A stretch of 64,000 nt of DNA from an uncultured Chitinophagales bacterium (GTDB taxonomy: Bacteria > Bacteroidota > Bacteroidia > Chitinophagales > BACL12): assembly GCA_964463165.1 (NCBI GenBank), contig CAYXBK010000016.1:13402-77401 (forward strand). Reading direction: 5' to 3'. Below are positions 17,753 through 26,161 of the stretch, one piece after another. Positions within the stretch are counted from its first letter, which is position 1. The number at the start of each line of letters is the position of its first letter. The translations under genes were made by a program, and so were the position numbers. The notes beneath the pieces were generated by a model. It saw only the letters and a program-made list of their open reading frames with translations. It was not told where the DNA came from and did not search any database.

Positions 17753-18177
17753 GTTAATTGGTACCATTAATGGTGATATTTTGAATTTTTTGTCACCATT
17801 TATAGGATATTTTCATATTAAATTTGGTCGTGTAATGGATTCAGCATAGCCTTGCGATATCACAGCGTAGAAATGTATATTCATTATGTAGAAATCAGGG
17901 TAAAAAAGCCCCGACTTAATAATTAAAATTTTTGTTAAAGTTCGCATAGCTTGGAATTTATGAAAAACTTTTTATCTTCGGTACGCCATTGGATGATACT
18001 TGGCCTAAACAACAAAATTTGGGCCATGTCTAAGTCTAAATATCAATACGTTGAACCCAATTATGCCCCAATGAAACGCGTTCCAACCGGTTATCAATCT
18101 GTTAACCAGATTAGTTTTTTATGCCATTTGAGCAACAATTTAAACTATTATTCGGTTTACCTATTAATATAAACGTC

Positions 18178-18765
18178 ATGATTAGTCAAAACCTTAATAC
18201 CATTCCCGAAGTCGATAGCGACTATAAAGAGTACATTCAATCACTTGCTGAAGGTAAAAAAGAGCCATTCCTAAATAGTGGCCCTGCTCATGCTTCTTAT
18301 GTATTTGCAACTTTATTTTCTAAGGCTCAAAATAATGGTATTATCAAAATTTACAATGGTGGTTTTAGAGGGGAAGTATCGAATGATGATTATTATCAAG
18401 AACAACTTTTCGATTTTTTATCGCGAGGTGGTACTTTGCAAATTTTATGCACTCAACCTTTAAGCAAGAATACTAATTTGTTTGAAGGGTTAAGATTTTA
18501 TGCTTTTCTTAATCCCAAATCTGTTGTTATTAAACAAACCGTTAAAAAAGTACTTGACCCGGTAACAAAAAAAGAAGCTCACTTTATGGTAGCTGATGAT
18601 TTAATGTATAGAATAGAAGAAGATATTATAAATTATACCGCTATATGTAGCTTTAATGATCCTGAAACAAGTATGTCAATATCTAATCTTTTCGATGTCA
18701 TTTTTAAATCCGAGGAAGCAACTCTTGTAGATATGGCTTTACCGAAAAAATTAGAAAAAGTTTAA
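18178..18765 (+). CDS. Hypothetical protein, possibly a degenerate PLD/HKD-like fold
   Basis: The ORF track gives 18121-18765; the ATG at 18178 (MISQNLN) is the more likely start. AHFMVADD ... CSFND faintly resembles an HKD motif lacking the Lys. Confidence 0.4.
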   Translation: MISQNLNTIPEVDSDYKEYIQSLAEGKKEPFLNSGPAHASYVFATLFSKAQNNGIIKIYNGGFRGEVSNDDYYQEQLFDFLSRGGTLQILCTQPLSKNTNLFEGLRFYAFLNPKSVVIKQTVKKVLDPVTKKEAHFMVADDLMYRIEEDIINYTAICSFNDPETSMSISNLFDVIFKSEEATLVDMALPKKLEKV

Positions 18766-18815
18766 TATACGTCTGCCCGAATTATACCATTACCCTTTTT
18801 TTTTAAACCTGACCC

Positions 18816-19886
18816 TTGCACGACTTTACCCATTTTGCTCATCTGATTGAGTTTATCGCCGCATTAAACGGCGCATATATTCTTTCAACAGAATTTGCCA
18901 AAAAAGTTAAAAAATTAACAAATTACGCCGGGTCTAAAGTAATTACAGAGCATAAATTAGTTAATATAAAATGGAAATCAGCACGAGGATTAATGTTTAA
19001 ATTGATTAATGGTGCGACAGAAGATTTGACTAAATTGTGTGAAGAATTTAATGATACTTGCAAGCAAATTAAATTAAGAATAGAGAGCGTTAGAAAAGAA
19101 TATATTGAAAATTCAACGAATTTTGAAGAATTGACCAATTTTAATATCTTTTGCTTTTTTGGCGCTTTTTATTCCGTAATTGTTTTAATCTTGATTGGTG
19201 CTGAATATAAATTTGACCAGGATTTTACTAGAGACTATTTCTTTTTATTTAATATTATAAGTTTTATAATAATTATCATTTTTAAATTTCGAGGATTTAA
19301 AGAGAAATATATTCATGTCCTTTGGCTGATAATTCCTCCGGCATTAATAACTGGTGTTCTAATGCTGTTCAATGTTTGGGAAAAAATTGGAATTTGCAAT
19401 ACAAACTGGTTGTATGTTGGCAACTGCATACTCGCATTAATCATTCCCACATGGCATTTTTTATTTTATATAATTAAATCCAAAAAAAGAATTGAAAAAA
19501 TAGATAACGATTTCCTCTTGGAAGTTCAAAATTGTAGCAGTCAATGCGATACATTTACAATAGCATTGAACAAAGCTCTGAAAGGAGAAAAGACTAAAGG
19601 TCAATCTCCCACTGATCTTGAAGAAAAAAGTGTTCCACTCATTGTCGTTGGTCGAATTTTATACATTGCCGCATCTGAAGAACAATGGAAAGTTTATTGG
19701 GAAAATGAAACACTTGGCACCTATTTTTCTACGAAGATTGATGCAATTAAATACTCAAGAGAAGAGGTTAGTAAACTTCAAGAAGGAAGTGTACTGCAAA
19801 TCAGAATAAATAATTCAGATGGGACTTTTGCGGTCGAATGGACCTACGGCATAGATGACTTTCCACCACTTATTGCAGAACAATAG
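18816..19886 (+). CDS. Multi-pass membrane protein with a soluble C-terminal domain
   Basis: 356-aa ORF with a TTG start, so the start is uncertain. The central ~110 aa hold 4-5 hydrophobic helices. The C-terminal KVYWENETLGTYFSTKIDAIKYSREEV...DGTFAVEW resembles a DUF2188-like module. Confidence 0.45.
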   Translation: MHDFTHFAHLIEFIAALNGAYILSTEFAKKVKKLTNYAGSKVITEHKLVNIKWKSARGLMFKLINGATEDLTKLCEEFNDTCKQIKLRIESVRKEYIENSTNFEELTNFNIFCFFGAFYSVIVLILIGAEYKFDQDFTRDYFFLFNIISFIIIIIFKFRGFKEKYIHVLWLIIPPALITGVLMLFNVWEKIGICNTNWLYVGNCILALIIPTWHFLFYIIKSKKRIEKIDNDFLLEVQNCSSQCDTFTIALNKALKGEKTKGQSPTDLEEKSVPLIVVGRILYIAASEEQWKVYWENETLGTYFSTKIDAIKYSREEVSKLQEGSVLQIRINNSDGTFAVEWTYGIDDFPPLIAEQ

Positions 19887-20114
19887 TGTTCTGAAGTAAG
19901 ATTAAAAGGTATCCGAATTAGTAATTCTTCATACAATCTTGCTGCTAGTTATAAATTAATAAACAACTTCTCAGTCAATTCTGTTTCTATTTATTTATTC
20001 GCCTATCTCAATAGTTATTTCTAACCGATTTATTCACAAATAGCGTTTGTAAGATTACTTTTAAAAGAGTAACTTTATTTGGAATATTTATTTAAAATAT
20101 TTAAATCATGAATT

Positions 20115-21719
20115 ATGAAGCAAATTCTACTCTCCTGCATTATTTGTATGATTGTTTTTTCGTATGAAGCTTTACCACAAGCACCCCCAATCAGATGGGG
20201 AAATGCTATTGGAGGTACCAACTTGGAAAGTTGTGGAAGCATGATTATTACTGCTGATAATCGTTTTATTTTAGTTGGTTCCTCACATTCACAAAATGGA
20301 GAATTATCCGGTGTTACGAGTTATGGGCAGGATGATGTTATCCTTGTCAAAATAAAAAATAATGGAGCACTTCAATGGATAAAAAAATTTGGCGGTAAAA
20401 AAATTGATACTGGTCAAGATATTGTTCAGACTTCCGATGGAAATTTTGTTTTTGTGGGCATCACTTACTCCAATAATTTCGATGTTTCCGGCCTTCACGG
20501 TTTAAATGATGCCTGGCTTGTAAAAGTAAATTCCGCTACCCAAAATATTATGTGGCAAAAGTGCATTGGGGGCAGTGGAGCTGATCAGGGATTATCTCTC
20601 GCATTGACGCCTGACAACGGATTTTTAATTGGCGGATTATCTCTGTCAACCGATGGTGATTTATCTAGTGCAGGCAACCATGGTCAGTCAGATTATTGGG
20701 TCATAAAAACAGATAGTTCAGGAAATATTCAATGGTCTAAATGCTATGGTGGCAGCGAACAGGAAACCTGCAAAAGCGTTTATATTACATCTGATGGTGG
20801 ATATTTGATTTTTGGAGATACACATTCTGCGGATGGTGATGTTATTGGTAAAATTGGCGGCATTGATAACGATGATTTGTTTCTTTTAAAGCTTAATTCA
20901 ATTGGCGATATAGAATGGAGCCGGTGTATCGGTGGAAGTGACAATGATTTTGCAGGTGGCATCATGCAGGATTTAAATGATAATATCCTTTTAACATCCT
21001 ATTCAAGTTCTACCGACAATGAATTTGTTGGCAACCTCGGAGGTGCAACAGGATACGATGCATTTGTAATAAAATTAGATCCAGATGGAAATACAATTTG
21101 GTCGAAACCTTTGGGTGGATATGAAGATGAAATTTGTTTTTCTGAAGCAATTCAAAATTCGGATTCAACTTATATTATTCCTTGTCAATCTGGCTCAAAT
21201 GATGAATTCGTTTCAGGTGCTCATTATGGATGGGATTTCTGGATTGTTGAATTGAGTTTAGATGGCGATATTAATTGGCAATATTGTTATGGAGGTTCTT
21301 TTCAAGAGGGACCTCAAACATGCGCCATGGATTTTGATGGACGCCCAACATTTGCAGGTTATACCCGTTCCTCTGATGGGGATGTCACAGGCTACAAAGG
21401 TAACAATGCATACAATGATATTTGGACGATTCAATTAGATCTAATATCATTAAAAGAAAATGCAAATATTCAACTTAACACCATTACTCCGACAATCTTT
21501 CCAAATCCATTCAATGATCAATTAAAAATTAACTATTACAGTGAAAGTGAAACTCCTGCGAAACTATTTATTTATGATCTCTTTGGAAAATTACTTTACG
21601 CTTCAGAATTGTTAAAAGGTAATTCAAGTATTGATGTTTCTATGTTGTCAAAAGGAATTTATCAGGTAAAAATTTTCGATGATAACAAACAATATATTTT
21701 CAAGATTATTAAATCATGA
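20115..21719 (+). CDS. Secreted beta-propeller-repeat protein with a T9SS C-terminal sorting domain
   Basis: A signal peptide is followed by ~8 repeats of the (W.K.(Y/I)GG...D.G..+..T.DGG+++.G.S.S.DGD) type. The C-terminal ~80 aa (FPNPFNDQLKINY ... GIYQVKIFDDNKQYIFKIIK) are typical of Por/T9SS CTDs. Confidence 0.8.
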   Translation: MKQILLSCIICMIVFSYEALPQAPPIRWGNAIGGTNLESCGSMIITADNRFILVGSSHSQNGELSGVTSYGQDDVILVKIKNNGALQWIKKFGGKKIDTGQDIVQTSDGNFVFVGITYSNNFDVSGLHGLNDAWLVKVNSATQNIMWQKCIGGSGADQGLSLALTPDNGFLIGGLSLSTDGDLSSAGNHGQSDYWVIKTDSSGNIQWSKCYGGSEQETCKSVYITSDGGYLIFGDTHSADGDVIGKIGGIDNDDLFLLKLNSIGDIEWSRCIGGSDNDFAGGIMQDLNDNILLTSYSSSTDNEFVGNLGGATGYDAFVIKLDPDGNTIWSKPLGGYEDEICFSEAIQNSDSTYIIPCQSGSNDEFVSGAHYGWDFWIVELSLDGDINWQYCYGGSFQEGPQTCAMDFDGRPTFAGYTRSSDGDVTGYKGNNAYNDIWTIQLDLISLKENANIQLNTITPTIFPNPFNDQLKINYYSESETPAKLFIYDLFGKLLYASELLKGNSSIDVSMLSKGIYQVKIFDDNKQYIFKIIKS

Positions 21720-21778
21720 TGAACAAAGTAGAGCCCATTATGCTTATCGATTGAAAGTATATCATTGCAACTTCTACA

Positions 21779-21957
21779 TTTGCATTTAAACCCATTCGTG
21801 CAGCCTTTTCTCCCTGCCATCCGTGGATGCTTCCAGCTTCAACAAGAAAATCGGTTCCCCCTGAAGGTTTCCCCCAATTTTCTTGTTGACGCCGCATCCA
21901 CTCCTGGCCGGTCTGGGCATAGCCCGAACGGGTAATGCAAACAAAGGAGAATGAACC
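21779..21957 (+). promoter_or_regulatory. Structured non-coding element, copy B
   Basis: Same architecture as copy A. The 12-bp helix CAACAAGAAAAT (21840-21851) / ATTTTCTTGTTG (21877-21888) is perfect. A CCTGG/CTGGG hairpin is present. The element ends AAAGGAGAATGAACC-ATG. Confidence 0.65.
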
Positions 21958-22155
21958 ATGCTAAACAAAACCGAAAACAACGACAAAGTGGAATTGATGT
22001 ATATTCTTTTCAAATACGAAAAAGGTGTAAAAACATATGCTGGTGCTGTTTTACGCCAAAATATTGGTTCCGGCGTAAGCGTCGTAGTTGGCGATCAGGC
22101 TTATCTGGCTTTCGTGCCTGGCTCTGACATACTTGCTGAATTTGAGCGGGCTTAA
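21958..22155 (+). CDS. Conserved 65-aa protein, copy B (divergent)
   Basis: MLNKTENNDKVELMYILFKYEKGVKTYAGAVLRQNIGSGVSVVVGDQAYLAFVPGSDILAEFERA. It has the same length and keeps the YAGA, R...G.G, G-D and AF.P positions. Confidence 0.6.
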   Translation: MLNKTENNDKVELMYILFKYEKGVKTYAGAVLRQNIGSGVSVVVGDQAYLAFVPGSDILAEFERA

Positions 22156-22202
22156 TAATAAATCGCTAAATTCAACATATAGTGGATAAGTGCGAATACC
22201 CT

Positions 22203-22234
22203 CGCCTCATGAAATTCGATAATTTCATGAGGCG
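22203..22234 (+). terminator. Perfect 14-bp hairpin between small ORF B and its cargo gene (terminator or attenuator candidate)
   Basis: CGCCTCATGAAATT-cgat-AATTTCATGAGGCG followed by AAATTTTG. The U-tract is weak. Confidence 0.4.
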
Positions 22235-22250
22235 AAATTTTGTACTCAAT

Positions 22251-23513
22251 ATGATTAAGGTTGAAACAAATATTAAAAAGAATTTACTCGATGCCTGGAA
22301 AAAGGAATGTTTTTACTTGTCGTCTGAATTTTCGCTGCATAAACAATTTGAGAGGTCTGTTGTCGATTCAGTTTATAAAACTTTTTCAGATTATTTTGGG
22401 ATAAATTATTTTAATATTGAAGGTGGTGAACAAAATATTTCAGCAAAAGAAAATTGGATATTCTATTTGCTTGCTAGTTCAAATCGCCGCGCTTGCATGG
22501 CGGCATTATTTGAAATTACAAACACGCTTCTATACTTACAAACATTGTCCAGATCAATACAGAAGAAATTCAAATCCGTTTTTAATGATCCTCAACAGTT
22601 CAGGGATTTATTTTTTGAATTATATATTTTCCGATTGATGGAATTCAACAAAATATCTCATTTAAAAAAGCCCAAAGAAAATGGACAGGAACTGGATGTC
22701 GTTTGTACAATTAATAATCAGGATTATTTGGGTGAATGTCTGAAAGTCTATGCACCTAATTTGGTTTTGCTGCATAATGAGAAATATTTCATGACATTGC
22801 TCACCTTGAAACTGTCAAGCTTAAGTAAAGGTTTTGGCATGATCGGAATGGTTAAATTCAGCAATCCGAATTCCGAGAATGTTAAAAAAGTTTTTACGTC
22901 CAAACTGGAGAAATTCGTGAAAGGATTTAATGCTCAAAAATTTATCAATATAGGTTATTACGATAAGGATGATGACGGCGAGTTTTCTGTCATAGACTAT
23001 TCGGTGGCAAACAATCTTGAAGCTGAAATGGATTTTTCAAATTACCATGTCATGTTTAAATACATCCCGCCTTTTAGTGTGACCCAAGGTATTTTCAATC
23101 ATTATCGGATTGAACTAAAAGGCGGGCTTGTTATCCCCCAATATAAAATCATCCAGAAATTATTTAGCACTTTAAAAGTAAAAAGCGAACAGCACAAAAA
23201 TTCAGCCCATGCAAACAAAATTTATTTTATCGATAGTGAAGCTATTCCAGATTTTAATCCCGCCATTTTTATGGATGGGTCAGTGTTCCCTGAAGAAGAA
23301 ATTCAGGACTTCATAAATGAGTTTTCTGATAAAGAGATCTTCTGTTTCATTTTGCGGAATTATACTTCACATATCCCTAAAGTTACCATTAAAGTTTTAG
23401 GTAAAAATATTGATGATAAAATCAAACATAGACTGGAAAATTTGAAAACCAATTTTGATTTCACGATTATCAAACCACGCATGAAAAGTAATTTTTTAAT
23501 CCTCCCGAATTAA
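22251..23513 (+). CDS. Hypothetical protein, cargo of module B
   Basis: The ORF track gives 22182-23513 with a GTG start that would run through the hairpin. The ATG at 22251 (MIKVETN) lies just after the hairpin. This gives 420 aa with no confident motif. Confidence 0.5.
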   Translation: MIKVETNIKKNLLDAWKKECFYLSSEFSLHKQFERSVVDSVYKTFSDYFGINYFNIEGGEQNISAKENWIFYLLASSNRRACMAALFEITNTLLYLQTLSRSIQKKFKSVFNDPQQFRDLFFELYIFRLMEFNKISHLKKPKENGQELDVVCTINNQDYLGECLKVYAPNLVLLHNEKYFMTLLTLKLSSLSKGFGMIGMVKFSNPNSENVKKVFTSKLEKFVKGFNAQKFINIGYYDKDDDGEFSVIDYSVANNLEAEMDFSNYHVMFKYIPPFSVTQGIFNHYRIELKGGLVIPQYKIIQKLFSTLKVKSEQHKNSAHANKIYFIDSEAIPDFNPAIFMDGSVFPEEEIQDFINEFSDKEIFCFILRNYTSHIPKVTIKVLGKNIDDKIKHRLENLKTNFDFTIIKPRMKSNFLILPN

Positions 23514-23575
23514 TTGCATGGTATTTATTTGCTCTGATTTTTTCAAACAGTTTGTACGCTTCACCTCCTTTCCCG

Positions 23576-23754
23576 TTTGCATTTGAACCCATTCGTGCAG
23601 CCTTTTACGCCTGCCATCCGCGGCTGCTTCTCGCATCAACAAGAAAATCGGCTCCCCCTTAAGGTTCCCCCCAATTTTCTTGTTGACGCTGCATCCGCTC
23701 CTAGCGGGCTAGGGCATCCCCCGAAAGGGTAATGCAAACAAAGGAGAACAAACC
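23576..23754 (+). promoter_or_regulatory. Structured non-coding element, copy C
   Basis: Same architecture as copies A and B: a perfect 12-bp helix, a CCTAG/CTAGG hairpin and CCC-GAAA-GGG. It ends AAAGGAGAACAAACC-ATG. Confidence 0.65.
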
Positions 23755-23952
23755 ATGACAAACCAAACCGAAAAACATCCTAAACATAAACCTGCGTATC
23801 ACATCTTCATTCAAGAGGCAGGCAAGAGCAAATATGCAGGTGTTGTTTTCCGTCATAAAACCGGCAAAGGGTTTAATATTTTGATCGGTGATAAATGCTA
23901 TTCCGCATTCGAAGCGAAAACCAAATCCGAAACACCGGAGGAGAGTGCTTAG
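23755..23952 (+). CDS. Conserved 65-aa protein, copy C
   Basis: MTNQTEKHPKHKPAYHIFIQEAGKSKYAGVVFRHKTGKGFNILIGDKCYSAFEAKTKSETPEESA. The stop TAG sits in the loop of a hairpin (23941-23960), as in copy A. Confidence 0.65.
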   Translation: MTNQTEKHPKHKPAYHIFIQEAGKSKYAGVVFRHKTGKGFNILIGDKCYSAFEAKTKSETPEESA

Positions 23953-24080
23953 GCGCCCTCTTTCATCTTAACACACAGTTGATAATTTTTGCACAAATGA
24001 TGCAGCGAGCCTCATAAGTTTGTAAATTATATGGTGCGATTACTGAAAAAAAGAAAAATAACACGAACCATGTATAATCT

Positions 24081-24653
24081 ATGTCTGATTTATTAAAAAA
24101 AGACAAGGAGTTTAAAGAAGCGATAGGGGCATTTATTATCGCGTTTTCCGAACTTGAATTCGGGCTGATGTTTCTATGTTCGATGACAGAATTCGACTTC
24201 AGGAAAAAAGATGATTATATAATTAAATATATGACCTTCTCATTTGAGCAAAAAGTAAAGCATCTCACAACATTTATAGATGAACACCTTCATGAACTCA
24301 AACTCATTTGGGATAAACTTAAAAATGAAATGGGAACACTTAATCGTGAACGAAGATTTTTGGCTCATGGCTTTATGCAATATTCTCTCCCAAGAGAAAG
24401 TATTACAACACACATACGAGAAAATGGAAAAGTGACGACAAAAAAACACTCTGTTGAAGAAATCGAAGATTTAACTGACCGCCTGCATCATTTAAATACC
24501 GGTGAACATGGTATCAATGGTGAATTCAACACCCTATTTACAAAGACACGGATTGATAAATGGAATAATCTTGTGAACGACGAAAATAAAATCATTTACA
24601 GGGTTAATAGTAAAATAATATCAAAATGGAAAGGCAAAAACAAGAATGACTAA
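24081..24653 (+). CDS. Hypothetical protein with a possible HEPN-like R-x4-H motif, cargo of module C
   Basis: 190-aa ORF predicted to be helical. LNRERRFLAHGF contains R-x4-H. The N-terminal AFSELEFGL helix is typical of small HEPN-like proteins. Weak inference. Confidence 0.45.
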   Translation: MSDLLKKDKEFKEAIGAFIIAFSELEFGLMFLCSMTEFDFRKKDDYIIKYMTFSFEQKVKHLTTFIDEHLHELKLIWDKLKNEMGTLNRERRFLAHGFMQYSLPRESITTHIRENGKVTTKKHSVEEIEDLTDRLHHLNTGEHGINGEFNTLFTKTRIDKWNNLVNDENKIIYRVNSKIISKWKGKNKND

Positions 24654-24877
24654 ATTCTTCTGTCATTCAAATTATTTATAAGAGTTACATATCGGTCTGC
24701 GAGTTTCCCATGCAGTTTTGGAGGAATGCCAAAAAGAATAGGTTGATCAAGGAGCCATTGAACTTTAGCACCAGCATCCTGCCACATTTTTTGTGCCTCC
24801 GGAGATGCTTCATTGATGATCTCAACAAATTTTTCTTCAAACGATTTTTTTTGTTCTTCTGTTAAATTTGGTTTCAT
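24650..24877 (-). CDS. Small hypothetical protein
   Basis: 75-aa ORF, last gene of the minus-strand block that starts upstream of the relaxase. Confidence 0.35.
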   Translation of the reverse strand: MKPNLTEEQKKSFEEKFVEIINEASPEAQKMWQDAGAKVQWLLDQPILFGIPPKLHGKLADRYVTLINNLNDRRI

Positions 24878-24886
24878 CTTAAATTA

Positions 24887-25855
24887 TTATTTATGTTTAT
24901 CATCAATTTTTTTCTCAGGTTCATGATTTGAACTGTCATCAATAATTGCGACTTTATCCTTTTGAGGCAAATTATTGTCAATCGCGTTTTTTGCCTCCAC
25001 CACTTCAATTAACTTTTTTAAACTTTCATTGATGCTGTCAAATCCTTCCTTCGTATTATCATTCAGGGATTTAATTTCTTTTCGTAAAGATTTAAAGAAC
25101 ATAGGTTTATTGTTTTTTGTGTTTGTTTCCAACGTTTCGTAGAGTTCCAATACTCTTATATTAATATTTACAACATCAGAATATTTTAAAACGAATAATT
25201 GACTATCAATTTTTTTAAATTCATCATGAACGCCAACTGGAAAAATTGCCTTTTGAGCGCCTGATAGCACAATTTTATCAAGAGACCCCTCTTTTGAAGG
25301 ATAAAAAAACTCCACTACACCAGTATAAATATAATATTGAGTATCTACTTTCACCAAACAATCTATTACACAACAATCAATAGAATTATAATTTAAAGAG
25401 CCGAGTTCTTTGAATAAAACAAATTCTCCTTTTAATTCATACCACCAATCATTATTAAATCTAAAAATTTTGGTATTTAGATCCCATTTGTGCTTCCTTA
25501 TTATTTTTCTAACCTTATACCCAATGAAAGCACAGAATGCGATCAAAACAATGTTATAAAGCAATATCGGACCCACAAATGAATTAAGTCTTCCAAATTC
25601 ATCCGCAGCATTTGGCCCAAAAAGTATTTGACCGAGACTTGCGAAATCTATAGCCAACCATGGATTTAATAAATTATTGAGAAACGCAAAAAGAAGTTGA
25701 AAAAAGACACCTGGGATCATACCCAAGACAAAATCATCAAAAGCAGAGCTTCTAGAATACTTTTTTGTTAATGGGCCATAGCTAAACGCAGCCCGAAAAG
25801 CCATTCCAGGAATTAACAATAAAAAAAGTACGATAACGCCTATCGCAATATTCAC
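24887..25855 (-). CDS. Membrane protein: four N-terminal TM helices plus a soluble C-terminal domain
   Basis: 322-aa ORF with hydrophobic helices in the first ~120 aa and a charged, coiled C-terminal tail. Confidence 0.5.
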   Translation of the reverse strand: MNIAIGVIVLFLLLIPGMAFRAAFSYGPLTKKYSRSSAFDDFVLGMIPGVFFQLLFAFLNNLLNPWLAIDFASLGQILFGPNAADEFGRLNSFVGPILLYNIVLIAFCAFIGYKVRKIIRKHKWDLNTKIFRFNNDWWYELKGEFVLFKELGSLNYNSIDCCVIDCLVKVDTQYYIYTGVVEFFYPSKEGSLDKIVLSGAQKAIFPVGVHDEFKKIDSQLFVLKYSDVVNINIRVLELYETLETNTKNNKPMFFKSLRKEIKSLNDNTKEGFDSINESLKKLIEVVEAKNAIDNNLPQKDKVAIIDDSSNHEPEKKIDDKHK

Positions 25856-25885
25856 TCTTAATAAAAAATTATATTAAAAAAGAAA

Positions 25886-26089
25886 CTAACCTGCAGATAC
25901 TTTTTGCTGTGTTTTGGATGGGTTTGTTTTTTTAGTTATTTGCAACATTCCATCATTATCCAGGGTAATTTCAAAATTAGTTTTTTTCTCTTCTTCGGTT
26001 GCCCTAGAAAATTCCACAACAAGTTGAAGCATTTCTTTATTGCCTCGAATTTTAGCCATTCTCTTGCTAAATGTTCCTTCCACTCTCAT
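25886..26089 (-). CDS. Small hypothetical protein
   Basis: 67-aa ORF with no motif. Confidence 0.3.
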   Translation of the reverse strand: MRVEGTFSKRMAKIRGNKEMLQLVVEFSRATEEEKKTNFEITLDNDGMLQITKKTNPSKTQQKVSAG

Positions 26090-26161
26090 GAGTTTTGTCC
26101 TCCAAAAATAGTTTTAATCTACCTAAATTCCAACATATTTTATACTATTCAGGTTTCACTC

